A stretch of 64,000 nt of DNA, from NCBI GenBank assembly GCA_963693365.1, contig CAVNZM010000001.1, positions 7,580,907 through 7,644,906 of the forward strand. Reading direction: 5' to 3'. Origin of the DNA: Amoebidium appalachense (taxonomy: Eukaryota > Protista > Ichthyosporea). Positions 1-23,896 of this stretch are shown here, one piece after another (position 1 is the first letter of the stretch; the number at the start of each line of letters is the position of its first letter). The notes under the pieces are model-generated. The model worked only from the letters and a program-made list of their open reading frames with translations. It did not search any database and was not told the DNA's origin. Both the position numbers and the translations under genes were made by a program.

Positions 1-187
1 GGTATTCCGACCAAACACGGGGGGGAGCATGTCAATGTATGTGTGTGTGTGCGTGCAGCGTGCATGTGTGTGTGTGCGCGCGTGCGTGCCTGGGTGTGCG
101 GGTGTGTACGTGTGGCAATGCCTCCACCTAAATGGGATTGCCATATACCATAAATGGTAATATTCTAACCAAATATGGTAACTGCAG

Positions 188-677
188 GGCCGGCAGTGTC
201 TCACAGGGTGGCCTGTGCCGGTTCCCCTTGCCAGCTGCAACGGTCGTGGCTCAGCCGTTCGTTATCGAAGCCCGTATCCACCTACACCTTGTTTTCCGCT
301 TTCACCCCGTCGTGTGCTGGTCATGTGCACAAATCGTTCTTCTTTTTCCTCCCTCCTTTCCCTTTTTTTTCTTTATTATTATATATATATATTTCCCCTT
401 ATTTCTTTGGGCAGAGGGGGGGAGGGGAGAAGGGGGGTAGGGGGGGGGGGGTGGAACTGTTGTATGTGTGCATGTGACCATGGCTGACAGGCATGTGTGC
501 TATTGTATGTGTGCCGCCTTGTGGAAGCAAGCGCCTGCTACTTGTAAGTTGTGCGCAATACCCTGCTTCGGAGTGTGTTTATGTGTTATAACCTCCTGAT
601 GCCGTAGCATAGGGATTGTTGCTTTTTGTTTGCTTGTTTGCCTTCATAAACTACCCGCTCATGCCGCCCCCCCCTCC

Positions 678-720
<43 letters not shown>

Positions 721-1745
721 TCTCTCTCTCTCCCTCCCCGCCCTTTCCCCCTTCCTTCCCTTCTCCCTTCCCCTGGTTTCTGTTTTTTGCACCCCGGGAG
801 ATAACAACCTGTTTACCCCCAAAAAACTCCGTTTGACACCGTCTCCTCTCTTTGCACTCCAAATCTTGCACCAAAAAAATTCCCTTAACCAGACATCAGG
901 AATCCCCCCTACGGCCAGCTCAACCGCCCCGTGGGTGTGCAATACGTGATTTCCAACCAAACAAACACTGTGCAGCAAGTGGCGCTCACAACGGAGCCCT
1001 CTGATTCGTTCATGTTTAGCGGCTACAAGTCGCTGCACGTGCGCCTAATGCCACGGAGTGCACACACACACACGTACAGTCTGTTTCCCTTGGCCTGTGG
1101 GAGGTTGGCACTACCGAGGTTGTCGATAAGGCTGGCAAGGTGGGTGGATATGGGTGGGAGGCGGGGGGCCGGAGGGAGAGGAAGGAGGGGGGGGAGGGGG
1201 GGAGGGGGGAGGGGGGTTGCAGACACCTCCCTTCTCCCTAACACACACATACACTTATGCAAGCATACACACCCACTCGCACGCGCACACGTACACATAT
1301 ATATATACATAGTGAGAGGAGGGAAGGAGGAGAACGCAGGGGGGAAGGGGGGGGGGGGGGGGGGGGGGCAAAAGCTCGTGCGCAAGCACACACTGCGCGT
1401 GTGACACAAAGCTTTCGCAGACAAAAACATGCTTGACGTTTGTAACTGGTGCATCTGATGTTCATCCGCAACCTCTTTTTGTAAATATAGTTATCATGTG
1501 TGCTTGTGGATCCCTAATCCTTTAATTCTAATGTTCACAAGGGTGTAGTCTAACCCCGTGTTGTGTGTACGTGTGGGTGTTCGTGTGTGTATAAGCGGGC
1601 TGGTTGGTGGATGGTGGTAGTGGTTGGGGGAAGTGATACGATTGGACTGATATTTCCTTTATTTGGTTACAGCAACGACACGGAGATCAACACCGCCCAC
1701 TGCCCATCCTTCATCTACATCCGCCCTGCAGAGTCCCCGTCATAA
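188..1745 (+). CDS. TRAPPC11: Trafficking protein particle complex subunit 11 (gryzun), last three exons; 5' partial
   Basis: GT-AG exons 188-273, 893-1139 and 1673-1745 splice in frame to ...FPLPAATVVAQPFVIEAHIRNPPYGQLNRPVGVQYVISNQTNTVQQVALTTEPSDSFMFSGYKSLHVRLMP...YSLFPLACGRLALPRLSI...CPSFIYIRPAESPS*. This matches the recalled TRAPPC11 C-terminus (PSFG..V.Y.LQNKT..VQ.V....EPSDAFMFSG.K...R.LP...Y..YPL.AG...LP.L.I...P..IFVKP). Confidence 0.88.
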
Positions 1746-1953
1746 ATCCGTAATGCTGGCGATTAGCATGAATTGGGTATAAATTCTATATAAAAATAGA
1801 GCTTCTGCCATTTTCAAATGCTTGGTCGTTTTATCTTATGGTTTTCAGCCTTTGAACCGAACTTTCTGATACACATTCCTTTTCTTTTTTAGGTAGAGAG
1901 ATGATTTATGGGGTTTTTTATTTTTTTATTTTTTTTTCGTGTGGAGGGAAGGG

Positions 1954-1997
<44 letters not shown>

Positions 1998-2757
1998 CTT
2001 AATTCTTGTTTGGCAGCTTGGCCGGTTTTGCATTGTAGTCACCTAACCATGCTTTTTAGTAAATGTTGGGTTGACACACACACAAAGGGACTTGCGACTG
2101 AATCTGTCTTAGTAAGTGGGTGGGTAGCAGGTAGCAGCAACAACATGAACGAGAAAGGGCACACGTTGGTGATGTCTGAAGCGTATATCTCCTCTGTATT
2201 TTATTCACTTGTTCAATGTTGTTCTACAGAGTAAAAATTGCCGGTATGCCAAGATAATTTATTCGAGCATACATATTTGACTCCCAACAATTGTTCACAT
2301 AGACATATATGACAAAAAATAGGCAGTGAGTGATATGGGGATTAAGGATAGTTTATTTTGTATAACCTACCGCCTCCAAGTTTTTAATAATGTGAGCTCG
2401 GTGTTTCAGTTTTCCTCTATTTTGCTTCTCTATTGATTTGGGCCCGTGATAATTGGTTGTCAGGAGTTTGAAGATGTTTCGGACAGGAAAAAATGTTTGG
2501 ATCTCGTGATTTTATCTGCATCTGCAAGAACTAAGACAAGAAACGCAATGTACATACCATATATGGCCACGACTGGGGTGATGTGATTGGCTCTTGTCAC
2601 CTGGCAGGACCTGGTGCGTGAACGGGGTCCAATAGAAGGGCAACCGTGCAATGAAGTGACACGTTGCCCAGAAGCAGAAATTATTATTGTTATAATTTTG
2701 AGGTGTAACTACAGACGCGTGCACACACGTGTGCACAAAAACGCACATGCACATGCA

Positions 2758-2828
<71 letters not shown>

Positions 2829-3837
2829 ACTTACACACACCTATACACACACACACACTTACACAGACGTGCACAGACGCACACATACCCATGTCACTGC
2901 GGACATGCGCGTAGACGCGCGGGCACACACACAAACTTTCAGGCATACATACGTATACCTGTGCGCCAGGTACGATCTACCAAATCAACGTACAGTATGC
3001 GCAGGCGCACGTGTACACACACACACATGTGATGCACGCGCACGTGTACACATACACATGTGATGCACGTGCAACCATGCATGCATGCACAGCTAAGAGC
3101 ACAAATCCGGCTCAAGCTTTGGTGGAGAGGGAGGGGTTCCTTGGCTCGTGCTCTGGACTTTTTTTGTTTTAATGTGCTCGTGATTACGGCCAGCCGAAAG
3201 ATGATCAAGAGGGAAAACCCTAATCAGAAAGATTCATGATTGGTGAAAAACAGATGTTACGTTTTTAGAACAACACATGCAAATAAATATCAAGTTTGAT
3301 ATGATATGTAAACACAAACGTCTGACATTCGCAGACTGAGACATTGCAGGGGGCCGGGTGTTATATTATTAATATTAGAGTTCGGGTTGTTGCAGAATAG
3401 GCCGCAGGGCTGAACATTTTTCAAAAAGAAAACCCAAATAACTTGAACGGCAGGGATTGGAGAAAATGACACATTCGTGTACTAAAGGTATTCCAGTGTA
3501 GATATAAACTACGCATGGATAAGAAAGGGACGGGCAAATGGTGCATCGACTCGCGGGGCCAGCCCATTACCCACGCAAAACAGGGTGGTGCAGAATAAGG
3601 CCTCAGAAGAAACGGTGTCAAAAGCTAAAGAAGTTTTATATCTTGTATGTATGCAGTGGGGTTTATGTTTAGCCTGATCACATGCAAAAACCCGTAAAAA
3701 ACCATCACGTATAGTGTCATTTACATATGAAGCATACAGCTTCAAGTTACTGACCACGCTTACCAAACACCAACGAATCAAAACAGGAACACTTTTGGTT
3801 GGGTGCAAACTGCAGCAGCAAAAAATGATCATAACGG

Positions 3838-5969
3838 TCACTTCCTGTCTCCCTTGACAGTCTCCACAAACCAACGCGCTGCTTCCCCCACGCCCTCCTC
3901 CAGTGAGGGACCAATTAAATTGTCCTCCCCGAACCCAAAGTCCTTCCGCGCTTTCTCCGTGGGAAACCTCTGTGGACGTGCCGAAAATAGCACCCAATGG
4001 CGTGTGACCAGCGGCCGTTGCCCGGGACCATAGCGGGACGTCAGCCAATAGAAATGCTCCAAAACCCACGCCAGTCGCAGCAACCTTGCCGATCCACGGT
4101 TTCCAATTTGTTTGTATGGCGACTTGGTATTTGCGGAATTTTCGGTGGAATTCGAGGAATGTTGGGCAATGGACCGTGCCAGAAGGTCGAGGTATTTGGC
4201 CCACGTGACACCCCCGTGGTCACCGGTTGAGTTGATGTTGTAGGCCTGTGAAAGGGGGGGGAGAGCCGGGGGGGGGGGGGGGGGGGGGGGGGGGTACTTA
4301 GGTGTAGGTGGTTGGGGAATAGAGTTGATGCTCGTGTGTACGGGTGTGTGTTACTACGTAATTACGGTTTTTGTTGTCATCAGTTGCTATATTCCAACTG
4401 TTTTTGTTGTTTTATGAAAACTTATTCCAACTTTTTTTTGTTAATGGGACAAAGTGGAAGGATCCAGATAGGATTATTGCACCTCGGGGAAGACCAACTG
4501 CAGAGACAGAGAGAGAGAAAAGTTGGGAATGGGGATGGAATGGGGAATATTTCTCTTTTTTCTTTTTTTTTGGGGGGGGGGGGGGGAGGGGGGAAGGAGC
4601 AAGGGGGGGGGGGGGGGGGGGAGTGTGTGTGTGTGTGTGTGTGTGCACGTGTGTGTGTTTGTTTGGGGAGGGGGAGGGGGGGAGAGGGGGAGGGGGATCG
4701 ACAAGCCAAAGACAACCGGGGAGATCTAGAGCCAAGACAAACAAGGCAGACCAGTCTAGACTCGCATCACATCAACAATGGCCTAAGTATTCCCCCTTAC
4801 ACCCCCCCCCCCCCCCCCCCCCCCCACCCCATTTCCCCCTCCCCTCTCCATTGCTTCTCCCCTTCCGTCCTGTGCCCTTCCCTCACCCCCCCCCCCCCCC
4901 TCCCCTCCCCCTTGCCCCCTCCCCACACACATACACATACACACACGCACAAAAGCACACGCACACATACACACTCACCCCTTTTCCTTCCCTCCCCCCT
5001 CCCCCCCCCCCTTCCCCCTTTCCCCCCCCCCCCCCCCCCCCCCAAAAAGGCCCTTACATCTGCTTGCCATGCCCACTTACTACTGCCACACACGAACAGA
5101 AGCACCCCCTCCCTTCCCCCCCCCTCCTCCCCCTACCCCCTCCTCTTCTGCCCCCTCATCCTCCCCCTACCCCCTCCTCTTCTGCCCCCTCATCCTCCCT
5201 CTCCGTTCCTTTTCACACACTAACGTCATACATACCGTGGCACACATACACGCACACACACACATCCTACCTGTCCCAGGGTCACCTCCACCCATGCCGC
5301 CTTCATAGCCGCCCTAGCAACCACATCCACATGCACCAATCCGGCATCGGCTTTACCCCCGTCGACCAATACCATGGAGCCGTTAAGAATGTGCTGCCCA
5401 TATTCGGACACAAAATCTTTGCTGCGCGGACCATATATGGTGCTTGGGCGCAGAACAGTGATGGGTATGCCGTGTTCTTTAAAGTAGCGCCACACAAGTT
5501 GCTCGCCCTGAAAAAAAGAGTAGTCATTAGTCTGGTTCAATTTTAGTCATTAGTATTTGATACTTTGGTTATAATTTTTATCAATATTTTTAAAAAATTG
5601 TTTTCTTCGGTATTTATCATTAATTATCCAGCGCCTATCTCTTTCAACCACATGCAATCACAACAATTCTGTCTTTGTTGGGGAAAGGGGAGTTCTATGG
5701 GGATCATTCGAGCAGAGAGAGAATGAAAGAATTTTTGTTAATTTGCTACATACAACGCAGGTAAAGTGTTGAGATACGCAATTCACTTGGCTGTTGGCTT
5801 TTTTCGGGGGGGGTGGGGGTGAGGGAACTCCGGGGGGAGGGGGAGGGGGGGGGGGGGGGCATTCTAAAGGTCGGGGGGTTTGGGAGGGGGGGGGGGGGGG
5901 AGGGGGGGGGGGAAGGGGGGTGGAGGGGGAGGGGGGTCGGCCGAGTAAGGGCAGAGAAGTAGGGTAGAT

Positions 5970-6001
<32 letters not shown>

Positions 6002-7880
6002 GGTTGTCGGATGGGTCAATACGGCCAGCTTGGACGAGTTGTAGGATAGTCCAATATCCTTCCCTGGGGTTTCCTCGTTGTAATTTTCCGAGTCTGGGGG
6101 GTACCCGTAGATGTCCACCGTAGACACGTGCACGAACCTCTGCAGCCATTTGAGGGTCTCTGGGCGGCTCAAAATGGCCTCTAGGAGGTTGCGGGGTCCA
6201 TGCACGTTGACTCTGTATGTGTTGGGGTAAGGTTAGAGATATGGACAATGTTTGTGACGGGTTAAGAGCATGGACGTTGCGTGTTGGTTAAGGTTTAGAC
6301 AGACCTTTCTTTTTTAACTAACTTTTTTTTTTTGGGCACTGAGTAATTGCCACGGGCTTTCCTTCGATTGGTCAATGGTTGAAAATATGGACTCGAATCG
6401 ATTGATTACAGGTTAGAGCACTGCCTCGCTGACTATTTTCCTTTGTTTATGTTTTAGAACACAGGCAGGGACGTTGGGTGGTGTGGGAGACGGGAAGAGA
6501 GGGGAGAATTGGTGGGCCGGCGATGGTGGCGGGGATGAGGGGAGGGGGGGGGGGGGGGGGAGGGGGTCAAACACAAGTGGAGGATGGGAGGGTGGTGTGT
6601 GTTGCATGAGGTCACGATGGTGGGTGTGCGTGTAACTGCAATGGGGGAGGAAGGGGGATGGGGAGGCTGGGAGATGCAGGGCAGGGGTGTGTGTGTGTGT
6701 GTGTGTGTGTGTATTAGGGAAGGGGGGGGGGGGGGGGAGAGCGGGGGAGAGGGGGGGGAATGCCACCTTACGAAGTCGACCGGCCTTCCCCAGTCAGCAG
6801 ACATGCCAGCACAGTGAAATATCACGTGGGCACCATCGACCAATGAAACGAGGCCATCTGGATTGGTAACGTCACCAGTACACACGGTCACGTTACCTGC
6901 ATCGATGTGCTTTTGCAGGTGCTGCAAGTTGCTCATGGGTCGGGCAAGAACTCGGACCTGGTGTAGGAGAACGGTGCGGTGGGTGGGTATTCAAGTGTGT
7001 TTGATTGTGCTGGAGGAGAGGACGGGGGGGAAGGGGGGGGGGGGGGGGGAGGGGGGGGGGGGGGGAAGACGAGGGGAGGGATGATGGAGGGAGGCGCCAC
7101 GGCCCTGAATTTAGGAAGGGGAAAAGGAAAATGGGAAGGGAGCTCGGAAGAAATGAACTTGAAAGGGGGTACTGTCTAAGCCATGTTTCTTGAATATTGG
7201 GTGTTGTATTTGCACCTGTCTTCTTCAATGTTTCGATTGGGTCACATCCGTTCACAGCATGCATCTCTAGGTCTGTGAGTGAAAAAAAAATGGTTTTATG
7301 GGCCGCCTGGGGGGGGGGGGGGGGGGGGGGGGCAACCAATTGCAAGGCGGGAGGCCGTAGTACAGGAGGTTGTCTATTTCATTTATTTTTAACCCTTTTT
7401 TTTTGGGGGGGGGGGGGGGGGAGTGAGGGGGTGTGTGGAGGAATGTTGGGGGGGAAGGGGGCGGGGGGGGGGGGGGGGGGAGAGGGGGGGGGGGGGGGGG
7501 GTCATAGCTCTTCGTCACCCACAAAGTTGTTTTTGTCAGGACTTCCCTTTGAGTCCAAAGTTTGATAGAATCATTGGCCTTTTTTTTCGTTAAAAATGAC
7601 AAGAAGTAAGTGAGCGTCTTCTGTGTGCGCTGTGTTATTCTCATCTAGACTAACTTCACTGTTGGCCCCCTTAATCATTTGAGGTAATTATGCCACATCG
7701 AAAGCGAGAAAGCAAGGGTTAAAGCTTTCTGCAGAGATCCTCTGTGCGTGTGTGTGTGTGTGTGTGTGTTGGGGGGGGGGGGGCTACTTGGTCATACTCT
7801 CCGCTTTCTACCAATAACTTTGCCAGTCGTCCCCCCAAAAAGCCGCTGGCACCCGTCACCACAGCAACACCTTTACCCAT
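3838..7880 (-). CDS. NAD(P)-dependent epimerase/dehydratase, extended SDR (3-beta-hydroxysteroid dehydrogenase-like)
   Basis: Exons 7880-7788, 6957-6767, 6212-6023, 5507-5271 and 4245-3838, all GT-AG and in phase. Motifs: Rossmann VTGASGFFG, GDVT, IFHCAG, VNVHG, FVHVST, catalytic YNSSK, LRPSTIYGP, VHVDVVA, AYNI, EKARKDFGF. Confidence 0.88.
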
Positions 7881-8273
7881 GGTGCATGAAATGGTTGCTT
7901 ATATTCCGGGAATTAAAGAAGTGAAACCCAGGGGAAATGCCTGCAACGGGAAGAAAGGGCTAATGGGCAGGCCTATTATGTCACAGTACAGACTGGAGAA
8001 ATGTGGGGAGGTCCTCGAAACCCTGGTGTTTCCTAAGTGCCACAATAACTGGTCAACCTTACAAAAAAAATGAAAAGCAGGCTGCCCACGGCTACTAGAT
8101 TCTGAAACAACAACTAGAGTGGAGTTATGTAGGAAGTGCTGTATTTTGGATGCAAAGGATGTCCTGCAGGCAAATGTCGGAGTAGTTAGCGCACACAATT
8201 ACTGGGCAACAGAACTTATAGGAGTCCCAACTTGGACGGTTTATATGGACATCCACTTAGGAAATTTGGGTTT

Positions 8274-8343
8274 ACCAAAAGGTGCCCAACAAAGTGGCTT
8301 TGTCAAACACCAAAAGGTGCCCAACAAAGTGGCTTTGTCAAAC
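8274..8343. repeat. 35-bp direct tandem duplication (2 copies)
   Basis: accaaaaggtgcccaacaaagtggctttgtcaaac occurs at 8274 and 8309. Confidence 0.85.
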
Positions 8344-9027
8344 AATTTGAAAGTACATATGTAGCCATGTTACACAATTGCAACTTAAAGATGACGGATG
8401 TTGTTATTGTCATTATTGTTGATGTCTCACGGGGCCGACATTGTCACAACAATATTCATTCTGAGAGTGGCCATATGGTTTGTGTTGATGGTGTGACCCG
8501 AGGCTCGTGAGATCTTCATTAGATGACGAGATTTTTCGAGCTGTGTGGCATCAACGGTGAAATGTGAATGAGGGTCTCTGAGCTCACTCAGTGTATCAGA
8601 AAGCGGCACTAACTCCTACAGTATTGACTTGTCTTTCATTGTGTAATTGTATTACACTTCGGAGGCCAAACCGTAACAAATTTGAATCACACCCGCGCGA
8701 TGATCCGACCACCATGCATATGCGTGTTTGTGCCTGGTCAAGCTGCCTGGTCATGTGTACATAAATGTGCACCTTTTCGCATGTTTGAGTATGTATTCTG
8801 TACCTTGGTGCGTGGATATCATCATGGTGTGCGTGTGCACTTGTGTATGCGTGTGCATGCGTGGTTATGTGCACTTTTACGTGCACGTGTGGCTGTGTGT
8901 GTGGCTGCGTGTTTGTACGGTGTGAATGTGCGTGTGGTGAAACATGTGTGTGCGTGCATGTGTGTGTGTGTGCATGCCAGTACTCTGCATTTGTACACGT
9001 TTTTTTTTGTGTGTGTGTGCGCGCGTT

Positions 9028-9058
<31 letters not shown>

Positions 9059-9101
9059 CAGTGTGTGTGTGTGTGTGTATGTGTGTGTGTATGTGTGTGT
9101 G

Positions 9102-9150
<49 letters not shown>

Positions 9151-10431
9151 CGCCCGCACGCGTGCCGTGTGTGTGCGTGTGTGTGCGTGCGTGTGTGTGT
9201 GTGCGCGTGGGATCTCCGGATCACTTGTTGCAACGATCGATGTGTTCTGTTCGGCCGGGCCGGAGTAGCAGCTGGCTGGTGCACGTGGGCGGCCGGTGCA
9301 AATGCTTAGCATGTACATATGTACTTTGTCGTGGATTTTCACACGCCAACAACACAGCAACAGGTCAAGGGCGTTTGCGGAACTGACACCTTTCACATTT
9401 CAATTCTTTGACATTTGTGCCATTTCGACATGGGCCATCACCTGCATGGCACTGGCCATGGCGCATCCACCGTGTCCGATGAGATCATCCGGCTGGCGAG
9501 GTGAAAAAAATCTTGTTGTGCATGCTTAGACGGGCTTGTCGGGCGTCGGGCCCGGTGACAAGGTGTGGTGCTTTCTGATGTCACGTCACGTGTTAAGCTT
9601 TGCGTCTTTTGATTGGCTTAGGGAGCATCAAGAAAATTTCAAACAAGTTCTCCCATACTCACGGGTCTGAACCGCCGGAAACCTTAACAACATCACAAAT
9701 TTTACAAAACGGGTAATCTATATGACTAAATGTTTTATTTAGTTGCTTTTTAACTTAAAATTGAAATATTATAATTATGTTTAGATTATAAAAAAAGAAA
9801 TGCCAAGGATGCAACTTGAACAGGTTTTAAAAGCATCCAAAAACGCATAGCTTCACTGGTTTATAGCACCCTGATCTACGGGGATGAGCTCTGCATGCCA
9901 CCATTAGATGAAGAATCCCGGTGATAAAAATGACACATATGACTTCGTCTCGAAATCCTTATTGACTTTATCGAGGAACATATAAAAATCTATCCAAACT
10001 ATCCTCAAGGAAGATATCTAAGGGGAAATAATGTTTTCAAGGTTGAGGTTTTGGTGCAATGGGTCTCTGTCTGTCTGTCACAAACTTGATCATCTGGATC
10101 CTGGCACAAGCAAAAAACAAGTGTTCCTTTGTGTACGATTGCAAGCGGGGTTACCAAGCCACATGGGCCAAGGGGAGGGTTATAAACACAGACTCGCAAG
10201 AGCTTTCGTGATTTGCTCCCACGCACACAAGCACACACGAGCACGGTCATTTTTTTTCTTCCGGGCAGGTGGCCCACAAAACATTCGCTTTGGTTGAGCC
10301 CTAAAAGAAATCACAAACTTTACTCGCCTTACTTTCCTCTCTCTTCATTTGCCTGCTTATCATCAATGTTGTTTGTAGGCATCGAATAAAAACCGATCCA
10401 AACAGTCTCGTTCTTTGTGTTATACAGCAAC

Positions 10432-20691
<10,260 letters not shown>

Positions 20692-21348
20692 ATGACCCCG
20701 GCCTCGTCGGCATCAAATGTTAAAACGTATTCGCTAATACGTGGTTTTTATTGGACTTGTGCAACTTGAATATCGAATGAAATTTTTAAGCTGAAGCTAT
20801 AAAATAATTGAACTCGGATGGATGGACTATATATGCATTGGAATATGCACCGATACGGAACGTCAACTGGGGAAATAGGGATTTCCCTTAAACTCTGCAT
20901 GAAGGTTCCCACTGGCAGCGCCAATTTGAAAGGTAAACTGATGTGTTTTTAATAACTAGTATGTTTTTAACAATTCTGGAATACTGGTGGGCGGATTCTA
21001 ACATTAGAGTTTCCAGAAGGCCAATAGTAGGGATATAACTTTGAACAACGTCTATAAATGGCGGCCCTGCTTCCCCATCGTCGACGTTTCAAAGCTCAAG
21101 CAGTGCGGTTAAATTTTAAACAGCCTAATTCCAAATAGATTTCGATTCGCGAGTGGGGTGCTGCAGTGAGCCCTCGACTTCTGTAAGTGTAAATGTAGAT
21201 TCGTGTAAGACTTCGCAGATCGGCTGTTGGGTTTCAAAACTTTCTTGTGATTCACTCCTTCGATATATATGCGGGTTGTGTTCGTGCATTTCCTTATTTT
21301 TTTTTAATTTTTTTTTTCCCTCCCTCCTCCAATCCATCCCTCCATCCC

Positions 21349-21388
<40 letters not shown>

Positions 21389-21599
21389 CCCCACCCCGCC
21401 CCGGATTTGGTACTAAATAAGTTGGCTCGGAAGACGCCCTGTATTGTGACACTGTGATGTGGGCAACAATAAATTGTGCCTTCAGGTACATGTACAATAC
21501 ATAGATTTCGAACACATTCTGTTCAATTTGCATAATGTACGTGCATGTTCTCCACTCGACAGTGATTGCCTTGTCTCCGATTTCCAATCCAGCAACCCT

Positions 21600-21634
<35 letters not shown>

Positions 21635-22142
21635 CCCCCCAACACACGCACACACCCACCCCACCCCACATACCCACCCACCCCCCACCCCGCCGCCCGT
21701 TCGTCTCGGGGGTAGTACTAGTGACGCTGTGAAATAGGTGTGAATATGCTATGCAGTGTCGCTCAAAACGGTTAGCATGAATTCGAAGTTCGAACACTTT
21801 TTTTGTGTGCACATGTACATGTGTTCCAGGACCGCCTTCATTGCAATCTGCGTGGTGAAAAAATGCCTTCTAAAATTCCGAGTCTAGCAAATACTTTTTC
21901 ACAATTTTTCCAGGGTAGGCCGCTCATGATCGAACTAATAGGCAGAAACTTTGTTGACCTCCGAATCCCCATGCCTCTGACACAGTGCCTTGTCGCTTAC
22001 AGCTGTGTTGTGGTTGTGTTTGTGCATGCACGTGAGTAGTGGCCTTTTCATGTCTCAGGGGAACTTAACTTCGTAAATCATCGAAGCCTTGGCAAGCAAG
22101 CTTGTCCGGTGTCACGGCGGTGTGACATCAATGGCGGAAGAC

Positions 22143-22354
22143 TTTTTTTTTTTTTTTTTTTACTAATGGATTTTATTTCGATCGGGGCATCAGACAGGGC
22201 TAAGAATGGATATAGAGTACATTTGCCATAGACACAACGAGATAGTCGCGGCTGAGATAGCTTTGCCGGATATCCAACGAGATATACCAAAACCTAGAAT
22301 TCTACAGTAAGACTGCTAAAAGCTGCAAGTATGAGCTCAACTACGGGGTCAACA
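22143..22354 (-). mobile_element. 3' end (3' UTR + poly-A) of a LINE
   Basis: Minus strand ends ...cgatcgaaataaaatccattagt(A)n, resembling the 3' end of the RT copy (...cgtcgaataaatccagtcaaaag(A)n). Confidence 0.7.
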
Positions 22355-22681
22355 TTCGACTCTGACAAGTTGTTGATCACATCACTTGAACTTTCGCGAA
22401 TCTGAATCCTGTGTACCGTAGCACTTTCAAGTATCACACTATCTTCATTTTTTTGTGAGTTTCGACTCTGACAAGTTGTTGATCACATCACTTGAACTTT
22501 CGCGAATCTGAATCTTGTGTACGGTAGCACTTTCAAGTATCACACTCACTTCATTTTTTTGTGAGTTTCGACTCTGACAATTTGTTGAAAACATCACTTA
22601 CACTTTCGCGAATCTGAATCTTGTGTACGGTAGCACTTTCAAGTATCACTGGCACACTCCGAGTCACTTCATTTTTTTGTG
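22355..22681 (+). repeat. Tandem array of three 106-bp monomers upstream of ORF1
   Basis: The unit ttcgactctgacaagttgttgatcacatcacttgaactttcgcgaatctgaatcttgtgtacggtagcactttcaagtatcacactcacttcatttttttgtgagt starts at 22355, 22461 and 22567. Confidence 0.95.
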
Positions 22682-22709
22682 AAAAACACGTGGCACCACA
22701 CACACCAAC

Positions 22710-23896
22710 ATGAGCAAGACGCTCCGCAGTCACTCTCGGGGAGCCGGGGCTGAAGCCACCAACCGGTACTCCCCTCTGGCCGCGGAAGATCCCAAAGATC
22801 CCATTGTGAACTCCACCCCCATGCAGGTGCACTCTCAAGACTCCGCTACAGCTCGTGGAGCTCAGAAGCACGGATACTCAGCCTCTTCGCATGACGAGTC
22901 TGCTGGAGAGCCCCACTCCAAGAATCCCCGCATTTCCTCTGCTACTGAAGATGATTTGCGCGAAAAAAACAGACGTCTTCACGAGAAACTCCAGTCTCTC
23001 ACTCAAGCAAACAAGGCTCTCACTGAGACGGTCTCGCGACTGTCCGAGCAAATTTCTCGCCTTGAAGCCATGCTGTCCACTTCTCGGCTCCCTGACTTGT
23101 CTCGGCCTATTCCTCAAGCAGCATCCGAACCCGTCCGTGTTGAGCCTTCTCCTGTTCAGATTCCCGCTGTTTTCCCTGCTCCCCGTGACGCTGTTGGCGA
23201 TGCTACTGCCCGGGCCGGTGGTACCACTCATGCACGGGCTTCTCAGCCGGTGCGTGGGCCCCAGCCGCGTTCTTATGCAGCGGCTGTTGCTCAAGGCCCC
23301 GATGAGCTTCGCTCTGTGGCTCGCTCCATCCGCAGCATCGTTCAAAACGTGCACCTTGTTGATGATTTTGTGAATGCAGCTCAACGACTCAAGGCTCGTC
23401 CGCCCAAGTAGCCAGTCCGACCTACCACGGGCGCGACGTCCTCCGGCCAATTCCCCTCTGACCTCACCGCGGTGTATGTCCGTCTTTTCCGTCGTTACAT
23501 CCGTGAAATCAAGGCTGACTTCCGGGCCCTCCGAGTGCGCACGAGTCTTATCCATTCCTACTTGTTCATTGGTGGTCAGATTCTTGAGCTATTGGTGGAT
23601 CACCTGGACCGGGTATGCCGCGGCCCTTACTGATCACCTCCGCCGTTGCACCCTCAGCCGGTGCTCGACCCCAAGGACTGTACAAGGACTTCCAACCCGA
23701 TGCAGAAGGGAACATCAAGAAGAAGGAACTTGCCAGTGGATGCCCAGACCAAGCCAACTACTATGTTGCGTCGGCGTTTGTGCAAGCAGATCGAGTATTT
23801 TCAGCATGCTGCAGAGAAGGGGGAGCGGTCGGATCATGCTGCGCGTTCTTGCGAGGTTCTTGACTTCTACAAACATTGGTTGGACAACCTTCCGGA
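22710..23896 (+). pseudogene. LINE ORF1 (gag-like) copy 1
   Basis: 233-aa ORF with NRYSPLA, a coiled coil (LREKNRRLHEKLQSL...ISRLEAML) and SYAAAV. The frame continues past TAG 23409-23411 into VYVRLFRRYIREIKADFRALRVRTSLIHSYLFIGGQILELLVD, then frameshifts. Its inverted twin lies directly upstream of an APE domain. Confidence 0.78.

Noticed and set aside
3509-4204. 231-aa minus-strand ORF
   Set aside because: It is an alternative frame overlapping the last exon and 3' UTR of the epimerase gene, with no recognisable motifs.
9210-9580. GC-balanced non-repetitive stretch between the divergent genes, as a possible exon or ncRNA
   Set aside because: No convincing ORF, splice chain or RNA fold could be built.
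21058-21140. ATGGCGGCC start after a TATA-like sequence
   Set aside because: The ORF ends after ~26 codons and no downstream exons could be linked.
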